Shown piece after piece: positions 9,078 through 15,781 of a stretch of 64,000 nucleotides of DNA. The stretch is from a virus, in the IMG/VR virus record IMGVR_UViG_3300009305_000018; one strand, given 5' to 3'. The notes under the pieces were generated by a model. That model saw nothing but the letters and a program-made list of their open reading frames with translations, made no database searches and was not told the DNA's origin. The position numbers were made by a program, and so were the translations under genes. Position 1 is the first letter of the stretch, and every line of letters starts with the position of its first letter.

Positions 9078-9659
9078 ATGGAGTTATGGAAAGATGTCGA
9101 GGGATACGAAGGATTGTATCAAGTAAGCAGTTTAGGAAGAATGAAATCACTGTCCAGACCTGTTAAGCAAAGAAACAATTCGATTCAAGTGAAATCAGGA
9201 AAAATTATTAAAGGATATGAAAATAAGAAGGGTTATATCCAAATGGGCATTACGAAAGAAAATGAAAAAAACACAAAACCAATGCACAGATGGGTTGCGG
9301 AAGCTTTCATAACAAACCTCGAAAACAAACCGCAAATTAATCATATTGACGGTGTGAAAACAAACAACAACATAAACAATTTGGAATGGGTAACCAATGA
9401 GGAAAATGCAGAACACGCAAGGTCGTTGGGTTTAATGATTTACCGTCCGGAAAATTTAAAAAAAGCAACAATTGCTGCCGTTAAAGCTAATCAGAAGAAA
9501 GTGAACAGGTTGTGCTTAAAGGGTGGTAAGACAATAACTTACAATTCTATAAAAGAAGCCGGAGAAGCGAACGGCAATAAGGAAAAAGGGATAAGCGAAG
9601 TTTTGAATGGAAGACAAAAAACGGCGGGTGGTTATAGGTGGGAATACGCTACCGTTTAA
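9078..9659 (+). CDS. NUMOD4-HNH-NUMOD1 homing endonuclease
   Basis: ELWKDVEGYEGLYQVSSLGR; HRWVAEAF..NLENKPQINHIDGVKTNN..NNLEW; C-terminal YNSIKEA...GGYRW; SD AAGGGAG before ATG 9078. Confidence 0.9.
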   Translation: MELWKDVEGYEGLYQVSSLGRMKSLSRPVKQRNNSIQVKSGKIIKGYENKKGYIQMGITKENEKNTKPMHRWVAEAFITNLENKPQINHIDGVKTNNNINNLEWVTNEENAEHARSLGLMIYRPENLKKATIAAVKANQKKVNRLCLKGGKTITYNSIKEAGEANGNKEKGISEVLNGRQKTAGGYRWEYATV

Positions 9660-9679
9660 TACCAGAAAGGGTGAAACCA

Positions 9680-9910
9680 ATGAAAACACAACCTTATTTC
9701 CAAACAATAATAAACGCCGGATCCATTGAAGAACGCGACATGAGAATTAATGAATTATTAGTCAGAGGGTTCACGGTATATCAACTTCATGAAACGACGA
9801 CGGATTTTCACGGTAGTAGGGCTGCAAGGTCTAACGGTTATAGACACGGATATGACGGTGGAAGCAACCAAACGACGTATAGGGCGGTTATGAGGAAAGT
9901 TAAATGCTAG
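9680..9910 (+). CDS. Hypothetical phage protein
   Basis: SD AAAGGGTG; 76 aa. Confidence 0.6.
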   Translation: MKTQPYFQTIINAGSIEERDMRINELLVRGFTVYQLHETTTDFHGSRAARSNGYRHGYDGGSNQTTYRAVMRKVKC

Positions 9911-10041
9911 AACGGGTGAATAATAAGCCTATGTGGTTGTTGACTCGACTGGAAGGTCATGAGCGTGTTTATATCTATGATGTGTTTTTCGGTAAGGAAT
10001 TGAATCGGATGATGAAAGCGGGATGGAGGGTTATTAAATGA
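9904..10041 (+). CDS. Small hypothetical protein (45 aa; not in ORF track)
   Basis: SD GAGG; translationally coupled on both sides. Confidence 0.5.
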   Translation: MLERVNNKPMWLLTRLEGHERVYIYDVFFGKELNRMMKAGWRVIK

Positions 10042-10190
10042 CAATAATCACACTACAAGAAATCCTAATCCTAATCATCGGTGGCGGGTTAATAATGGCG
10101 CTGTCGTATTGGATGGGGACGAAGGATGGATTTGATAAAGGTTGGGACAGGTGTATGCGGGTTGTGGGGAAGAAAGAGGATTCGCAGTAG
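10038..10190 (+). CDS. Small single-TM protein (50 aa; not in ORF track)
   Basis: SD GGAGGG; ATGA overlap; ILILIIGGGLIMALSYW. Confidence 0.6.
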   Translation: MTIITLQEILILIIGGGLIMALSYWMGTKDGFDKGWDRCMRVVGKKEDSQ

Positions 10191-10230
10191 ACACAAAAGG
10201 CGAAGTAAGAAAGGGGTCAGAGTTTTGAAT

Positions 10231-10392
10231 ATGAGTTCTATGTTGCTAGGTGCATGGCTACTAATTTTAACATTCCTTAACGTGTTCATAATATTTTCAA
10301 CGGAGGAAGACGAAGAAAAGTTCGTCAACGCTGTGATTATCACACTAACGATATTGACGGTTTGGGCTATGACACATAATTACTATAAGTAG
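10231..10392 (+). CDS. Small two-TM protein
   Basis: SD AAAGGGG; two hydrophobic segments. Confidence 0.55.
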   Translation: MSSMLLGAWLLILTFLNVFIIFSTEEDEEKFVNAVIITLTILTVWAMTHNYYK

Positions 10393-10403
10393 GAGTGAGC
10401 AAA

Positions 10404-10745
10404 ATGTCAGAATCGAACACAGAACGACTGGAGCGCATAGGTAACTTAACTATTCATCGAGATGCTAGAAAACATAATTTTAGAACAGTCGATGAAGCTG
10501 ATTTTATGTGGTTAATCGAACAAGCAGAACAAGCACAAGAATTAATACAAACCACCAAAGACATTATTAGAACCGCTAATGTGATTGATGAACGGAATCA
10601 AGAAATGCGAAAGGCGTTAACACACATAGCAGATCATCTTCACTTGGGGGAAGGGTACGAATATGCAGACCAAGTTGCCAACAGTCTGATTAATAGGGCG
10701 AGAGAAGGGCTTGGAAAGGAGTGGTGGCTATATGAACAGAGTTGA
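10404..10745 (+). CDS. Hypothetical coiled-coil protein
   Basis: SD AGGAGTG; shares a WL.EQAE.AQEL motif with 11222-11644. Confidence 0.6.
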   Translation: MSESNTERLERIGNLTIHRDARKHNFRTVDEADFMWLIEQAEQAQELIQTTKDIIRTANVIDERNQEMRKALTHIADHLHLGEGYEYADQVANSLINRAREGLGKEWWLYEQS

Positions 10746-10962
10746 GCTAACGAGGCGAGAAATAAACGGCCTTCACTCACTTAGAGAATTATGGAGCGAC
10801 TACACAAGGGACGTTTATTGCCAGGAAATAATAAGGGAGAAACTTGACGGTGTTTTGTGGTCAGAAGTGCTACTAGATGAAACTTTGTTTGAGGTTGAAA
10901 GAATGGAGGATTTGAAGTTTATAGACGCTTTGCGTATTGGCTATGTCTTGGTTAAGGATTGA
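10732..10962 (+). CDS. Hypothetical phage protein
   Basis: SD AAGGAG; ends FIDALRIGYVLVKD. Confidence 0.6.
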   Translation: MNRVELTRREINGLHSLRELWSDYTRDVYCQEIIREKLDGVLWSEVLLDETLFEVERMEDLKFIDALRIGYVLVKD

Positions 10963-11070
10963 GTCTAATACACCGTTCGACTAAACGCGGTATCGGTCCG
11001 AATCAGTCCAAAATACGGTCCACGGTTCGGACCATAAACTATGAAACTTTGAAAACGGAGGTAAATCACA

Positions 11071-11232
11071 ATGCATAACCCATACGAAATACCAATAGCG
11101 CCAACAACCCTCATGTGCGCCGATTGTAAGGGGATTGGAACGTTAGGTGGGAGCTTATATCTGACAGAGTCCTGCACCGCCTGCAAGGGCACTGGGATGG
11201 TTCAGAAGGGGAGGGAAGAAGATGAAAATTAA
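11071..11232 (+). CDS. DnaJ-type Zn-finger mini-protein (53 aa; not in ORF track)
   Basis: SD GGAGGT; CADCKGIG and CTACKGTG (two CxxCxGxG motifs). Confidence 0.7.
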   Translation: MHNPYEIPIAPTTLMCADCKGIGTLGGSLYLTESCTACKGTGMVQKGREEDEN

Positions 11233-11644
11233 TGATTATACGTTTGAAGAAAAACAAACTGCGTTGGATGAAGCGTTTGCGATTATGAATGCGGATAAAA
11301 CTAATGCGGAACGGTTGGGAATTATCTTAGAAAGATACAAAAAGTACAACGGATTGAAGACTAATGATTATAAATGGTTATTCGAACAAGCTGAACGGGC
11401 GCAGGAGTTACAGAAAGACAACAAACGACTAGATTACATGTTGGGGCAAACATACGTGGATTACCTGACCAACGAATCAGTAAGGATGCAAAACAAGCTG
11501 CATGAAGTGGGGAAAGAAAACATGAGATTCCGTGAAGCGTTAGAGGAAGTATTTGAGTTATCAAAACACGATAACCAATCAAGATATTTGGACAAATGTT
11601 ATGTGGTAGCCCGTCAAGCACTGGAGGCTGAACGCCGTGACTAA
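11222..11644 (+). CDS. Hypothetical coiled-coil protein
   Basis: SD GGGAGGG; 140 aa. Confidence 0.65.
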   Translation: MKINDYTFEEKQTALDEAFAIMNADKTNAERLGIILERYKKYNGLKTNDYKWLFEQAERAQELQKDNKRLDYMLGQTYVDYLTNESVRMQNKLHEVGKENMRFREALEEVFELSKHDNQSRYLDKCYVVARQALEAERRD

Positions 11645-11768
11645 ACCACTCGGACCTATCACGGAAAAGGACTTTCTTTTGTCACTAATTGACACGGTGC
11701 TTGACTTGGTAGATATCGAATGGTTCATGGAAATTACTGATCGACTAAAGGAAATGGGGGAATTGTGA
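11637..11768 (+). CDS. IDEAL-domain-like small protein (43 aa; not in ORF track)
   Basis: SD GGAGG, GTG start; LIDTVLDLVDIEWFMEITDRL. Confidence 0.55.
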   Translation: MTKPLGPITEKDFLLSLIDTVLDLVDIEWFMEITDRLKEMGEL

Positions 11769-12187
11769 TGGGAGTTGAAACGGTTGCGAAACGATTGAAT
11801 AAACTTGAAATACGCAAAAAAAGACTTTGGATATTAGCTGAAATTAACAGGTTGGATGGATTGCGGTGTGGATTGTGCAACGATGAAATCGAGGGGAATT
11901 CATCGGGGAATAGAACCAATTGCCCTTGTCCTGCCGCTGTTGAAATACGAAAGATAGGGGAGAAATTAAATAAATTAGTTTCGAATCGGAAGAAGATAGA
12001 GAGCGAATTACCACCGAAGCCCGACGCTGAAGGTTTGACTGTTGATACGTTGACCATCGGAATTTACAAGAAATTCAAAGCAAGCAAGATGACAGACACG
12101 CAAATCATGAAACAACTTTGTGTAGGAACTAAAAAGTTTCACAAGTGGAAACAAGAACATGGGTTGATGGTTGTTAGGGCGAAGTGA
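11768..12187 (+). CDS. Zn-finger-containing phage protein
   Basis: CGLC...CPCP motif; C-terminal HTH-like segment. Confidence 0.65.
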   Translation: MGVETVAKRLNKLEIRKKRLWILAEINRLDGLRCGLCNDEIEGNSSGNRTNCPCPAAVEIRKIGEKLNKLVSNRKKIESELPPKPDAEGLTVDTLTIGIYKKFKASKMTDTQIMKQLCVGTKKFHKWKQEHGLMVVRAK

Positions 12188-12194
12188 TTGAAGG

Positions 12195-12656
12195 GTGGCA
12201 GATGATTTAATGTACACATCAAAAATGATCCATCTTCGACCAGAGGATGAGCTGCAGGAAGTGATAAAAGGGCAGAAAACAATAACGACAACTAAGCTAC
12301 AGAAATTATTAGAACCGCTGCTTGAAAAACTTTGGTGGCAGGAAGAAACGTTAAACAGAAACGTGGTTTCCATTAGGGAATTAAGTCATAAAGTGAATAG
12401 ATCAGCTCAAGAAGTAAGACGGAAAGACAAAGTGATTGAAAAACGTGTACAAGTATCTAGTTCTTGGGAAAGTCGGGCGCAAAGTGCGGAAGCGTTATTA
12501 AAGCAACGCGATGCTAATGCTCGAAGAAGTTCCGAAGCTTACAATATATTGGCGAAAGAAAAAAGGATATTAGAAGAGCAATTGAGCAGGGCTAAAAAAG
12601 TTATTGCTGGATTGGAAATGGATGCACGTATTGCAAAGTTAGGAGGAGGGCGTTGA
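12195..12656 (+). CDS. Hypothetical coiled-coil protein
   Basis: 153 aa heptad-rich ORF in operon. Confidence 0.6.
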   Translation: MADDLMYTSKMIHLRPEDELQEVIKGQKTITTTKLQKLLEPLLEKLWWQEETLNRNVVSIRELSHKVNRSAQEVRRKDKVIEKRVQVSSSWESRAQSAEALLKQRDANARRSSEAYNILAKEKRILEEQLSRAKKVIAGLEMDARIAKLGGGR

Positions 12657-12657
12657 A

Positions 12658-12993
12658 TTGGAAAAACGTTACTACTATATTTCACTAGAAGACGAGACTA
12701 TCGCTGAGGCTAATGGGATTTCATATCAGACTTTATATCAAAGAGTACACCAATACGGATGGGATGTTGACCGAGCGATTACACAACGGACAAGAGTTGA
12801 GGTTCCGTTTCATAGCGAATGGATTGAGGTTGCAAAGTCGAACGGTATAAAACTCAGTTTATTCCGTCAAAGAGTCCGTAGGCATGGATGGGATGAAGAA
12901 GTTGCAGCAACTACTCCTATTGTATCGAAAGTGGAGGCAGCTAGGCGGGCAGGGGTAACGGCTCAACGTAAAAGGGAGGAAATGACATGTTAG
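12658..12993 (+). CDS. Phage DNA-binding protein with duplicated NGI..T..QRV...GWD..RA repeats
   Basis: Two internal repeats: AEANGISYQTLYQRVHQYGWD and AKSNGIKLSLFRQRVRRHGWD. Confidence 0.7.
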   Translation: MEKRYYYISLEDETIAEANGISYQTLYQRVHQYGWDVDRAITQRTRVEVPFHSEWIEVAKSNGIKLSLFRQRVRRHGWDEEVAATTPIVSKVEAARRAGVTAQRKREEMTC

Positions 12994-13199
12994 GTCACAT
13001 AAATAAGAACGCGATCCTCACACAAGTACTGGACAAGCTTATCCAACAAACCAATAAGGGTGTAGATAAATATGGCACTACTGTTAATCCGGCAGATTAT
13101 TCAACTGTGGAATGGATTGACCACGCGATTGAGGAATCTATTGACCATATTGTTTATCTTACTTGCTTGAAAACGAAGATTGTGGAGGGGAAGAAATGA
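12987..13199 (+). CDS. Small all-alpha protein, possibly MazG-like half domain
   Basis: KG.DKYG...EWIDHAIEESIDHIVYL (EExxD). Confidence 0.45.
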   Translation: MLGHINKNAILTQVLDKLIQQTNKGVDKYGTTVNPADYSTVEWIDHAIEESIDHIVYLTCLKTKIVEGKK

Positions 13200-13720
13200 A
13201 TCTAACTAAATTATTTGACATACAGAAGCTGCTAGATGCAGCAATCATCGAGAAAAAGGGATTGGAAGGGCGTGACACGCTTCCCGAGAAGATTCTAGCA
13301 TTACAGGTTGAGTTGGGTGAATGCGCGAATGAATGGCGCGGCTTTAAATTCTGGAGTAACAATCAGAAACCGGCAATAAGAGTGAATAATCCGATTGAAC
13401 ACGGAAATCCACTACTGGAAGAATACGTCGATTGCCTACATTTCATCTTATCAATCGGGCTAGAAAGAAAAGAAACTACGATGACGACGCCTTACGACGA
13501 ATCATGGATAACTAAAGCGAGTAACGTAACGGAACAGTTTAGCCAGTTATTCGATGAGATAAGTAATTTCTCCAGGTATAAAACGGTTAGCGATTATGCT
13601 TCTGTCCTTGATACGTTCATTGGTCTCGGTGAAATGCTCGGCTTCACATGGGAGGAAATAGAGTCTGCATACCTGGCAAAGAACGAAGTCAATCATTCAA
13701 GACAAAATAACGGTTACTAG
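13196..13720 (+). CDS. dut: Dimeric all-alpha dUTP diphosphatase
   Basis: LALQVELGECANEWRGFKFWS, LLEEYVDCLHF, YLAKNEVNHSRQNNGY. Confidence 0.9.
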   Translation: MNLTKLFDIQKLLDAAIIEKKGLEGRDTLPEKILALQVELGECANEWRGFKFWSNNQKPAIRVNNPIEHGNPLLEEYVDCLHFILSIGLERKETTMTTPYDESWITKASNVTEQFSQLFDEISNFSRYKTVSDYASVLDTFIGLGEMLGFTWEEIESAYLAKNEVNHSRQNNGY

Positions 13721-13730
13721 GAGGAAATCC

Positions 13731-13877
13731 ATGACAACCACTAAAACAGAAAAGGTGTGCATCGAATGTAAGGTTAAGTTAGGCAGGTATTGGGGAATGA
13801 ATTTTTGCGAAGATTGTTTCCGTCAATTATTACGGGAGCATTTAGCGGAAGAGGACAGGAAGGCTGATAATGAATGA
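13731..13877 (+). CDS. Small Zn-finger protein (48 aa; not in ORF track)
   Basis: SD AGGAGG; CIEC...FCEDC. Confidence 0.6.
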   Translation: MTTTKTEKVCIECKVKLGRYWGMNFCEDCFRQLLREHLAEEDRKADNE

Positions 13878-14005
13878 CCGTGGACGAGCGTGAGGAAATC
13901 ATAGAGTGGTTGCTATTGTGGTCGATATGGAATCGTGAGGCGTTGGGGACGTTGAGTAATCGTAGGTTGCTTGAAGAGTATGACAAATATTTGAAGTTGG
14001 GGTGA
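13874..14005 (+). CDS. Small helical protein (43 aa; not in ORF track)
   Basis: ATGA overlap; MTVDEREEIIEWL...LSNRRLLEEY. Confidence 0.5.
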   Translation: MTVDEREEIIEWLLLWSIWNREALGTLSNRRLLEEYDKYLKLG

Positions 14006-14009
14006 CGGT

Positions 14010-14435
14010 ATGAAAACACTAAACAAACACGATATCCAAAAGCTTGAAGAATACTGGTCCAACTATAAACAGAACAAGCAGCAACTTAAATACCGCGAAT
14101 GGGAGTTAATGAGCCGTAACTCTGACGACGAAAACACGGGTGGTGGCGCAAACTCTGTCCGTACAATCTCTAAGCCGACCGAGCAGCTTGCAACACGATT
14201 GATAGAGGATAAGCTGTATCAGAATCTAAAGCAGATTACGCACGTTGTGGAGAGCCTATATCATGAGTCCGAAGGAGACTTGAAGGTCATTGTGGACATG
14301 CGATATTGGGATGCTGAACGTAATTGTTATGAGTGGGAAGAAATTGCCGATCAGTTGAATATGTCCAGGAGTAAAGTGTTGAGGTTGCGGAATGGGCTGT
14401 TGGATGATACTGCTGATTTGATTGGGTGGGTTTGA
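14010..14435 (+). CDS. RinA/ArpU-family late transcriptional activator
   Basis: ISKPTEQLA, IVDMRYWD...WEEIADQLNMSRSKVLR; last early gene before the packaging module. Confidence 0.85.
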   Translation: MKTLNKHDIQKLEEYWSNYKQNKQQLKYREWELMSRNSDDENTGGGANSVRTISKPTEQLATRLIEDKLYQNLKQITHVVESLYHESEGDLKVIVDMRYWDAERNCYEWEEIADQLNMSRSKVLRLRNGLLDDTADLIGWV

Positions 14436-14524
14436 TGGAAGTCTGGACGTGGACATTTATTCTCGGACTCGCAATTGGTGTAATGCAGGGCGTTACCATT
14501 GGTAGATGGAGATGGAAGAAGTGA
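14435..14524 (+). CDS. Tiny TM peptide (29 aa)
   Basis: TGATG coupling to rinA; MEVWTWTFILGLAIGVMQGVTIGRWRWKK. Confidence 0.45.
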   Translation: MEVWTWTFILGLAIGVMQGVTIGRWRWKK

Positions 14525-14571
14525 ACTTGTTAACACCAAGGAAGTTCACTCTCATCTGTAGTAATCTGATA

Positions 14572-14745
14572 GAGTAGGTTTCTTAGATGGTGACCTACTC
14601 ATTTCCCCTCTTTTACATCCGCATACACGGCACATAGTGAAAGCTATGTAGAACTGCGCTAACGGGTATGCGGATGATTCTTTTAAACTAATATACTTAA
14701 TCCAATACAATCAAGGCTGCATCCAATCGGGTGTGGCTTTTTCTT
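14572..14745 (+). ncRNA. Putative structured late-leader RNA ending in an intrinsic terminator
   Basis: Stems 14572-79/14593-600 and 14616-26/14666-76 (11 bp perfect, enclosing a GAAA-capped hairpin); terminator hairpin 14713-40 plus T tract. Confidence 0.5.
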
Positions 14746-14859
14746 ATACATATGAAAGGTGGTGGTCAAACTGTTCGCTGTTCAATTAGATACAACGGAA
14801 AGGATTTGATCCATCATCTCGGTTGATTGTTCCGTCATGCAATCGTAAGGAGTGAAGCA

Positions 14860-14943
14860 ATGATTACCACTGGCTTAATACTCACAGCATTCATAACGAT
14901 TCCTCTACTACTACTCATAAGCAAGGTGAAGAAACATGGCTGA
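14860..14943 (+). CDS. Tiny TM peptide (27 aa)
   Basis: SD AAGGAGTG; MITTGLILTAFITIPLLLLISKVKKHG; overlaps the HNH start. Confidence 0.5.
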   Translation: MITTGLILTAFITIPLLLLISKVKKHG

Positions 14944-15268
14944 ATACAAAACAAAAGAACAACAAAAGAAATTCTATAACACTAAATCTTGGAATGGTAA
15001 GAACGGATTACGAATGCAAGCATTGAAGAGAGATAATTTTGAATGTAAAATGTGTGCGGCTGAGGGAAAAGTTCATCTCGATTCCATTAAAGAAAAAGGT
15101 AAACGGAAATCAATTGAGTTAAACGTTCATCACATAAAAGAAATAGAACATCATCCGAATCTTGCGCTTGCGTTGTCGAATTTAATTACTATCTGCTTAC
15201 AACATCACAACGAAATCCACGACAGATACAAGCCAAGCGAAACATTCGTAAGAGATGAAAGATGGTAA
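14936..15268 (+). CDS. Packaging-associated HNH endonuclease (HK97 gp74-like)
   Basis: FY....W...R..ALKRDNFECKMC, VHHIKE, NLITICLQHHNEIH; immediately upstream of terminase. Confidence 0.9.
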   Translation: MAEYKTKEQQKKFYNTKSWNGKNGLRMQALKRDNFECKMCAAEGKVHLDSIKEKGKRKSIELNVHHIKEIEHHPNLALALSNLITICLQHHNEIHDRYKPSETFVRDERW

Positions 15269-15322
15269 TTGTCGTTATAGTTAAAACAATTAAAACAATC
15301 TAAACAAACATTAATTCTCAAA

Positions 15323-15390
15323 TACCCCCCATCTCTGAATTGTGTCTTTTAAATAAACAATAAAGACCGCTGGGGTGAAGAAAAAAGACA
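15323..15390. other. Putative cos region
   Basis: TACCCCCC...GACCGCTGGGG between HNH and terS; inverted TGTCTTTT/AAAAGACA centred near 15366. Confidence 0.55.
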
Positions 15391-15451
15391 TATATTGATT
15401 TATTCGCGTATAAATACTTGGAATTAAATGGAATTTAAAGGAGGGAGGAAA

Positions 15452-15781
15452 TTGAGTGGTGTAAACTTGGATGTTATTGATAATGTCGACAAGTCACGCG
15501 ACCGAATCAAAAGAGGATTACTCAATCAATTATCAGCCGATGGCGTTGACGGTGAGCATTACACAGATATGATTGACAAGTATTTGACTATGTGGGATAT
15601 GGCCCAGGCATTAGAAAAAGACTTTCGCGAAGAAGGCGTAAAAATCTTCTCCAATACTGGATCTAAAATAAATCCTTCAGTACCTGAGTATGCAAGGACG
15701 AATAATCAAATGCTGCGGTTGCTTTCTGAATTAGGATTGAAGCCCGTAAGACAAGAGCCTGAAGATAATGAAGGATATTAA
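15452..15781 (+). CDS. terS: Terminase small subunit (P27 family)
   Basis: D..DKYL.MWDMAQAL..D..EEGV, KINPSV....N.QML.LL.ELGL; SD AAGGAGGGAGG before TTG 15452. Confidence 0.85.
   Translation: MSGVNLDVIDNVDKSRDRIKRGLLNQLSADGVDGEHYTDMIDKYLTMWDMAQALEKDFREEGVKIFSNTGSKINPSVPEYARTNNQMLRLLSELGLKPVRQEPEDNEGY

Noticed and set aside
14627-14660. Resemblance of GGCAC..GAAA hairpin to a c-di-GMP-I riboswitch, group II intron domain V or hammerhead
   Set aside because: Lacks the GGCAAA...GACGCAAA core, the D5 catalytic triad layout and CUGAUGA; kept only as an unassigned structured RNA
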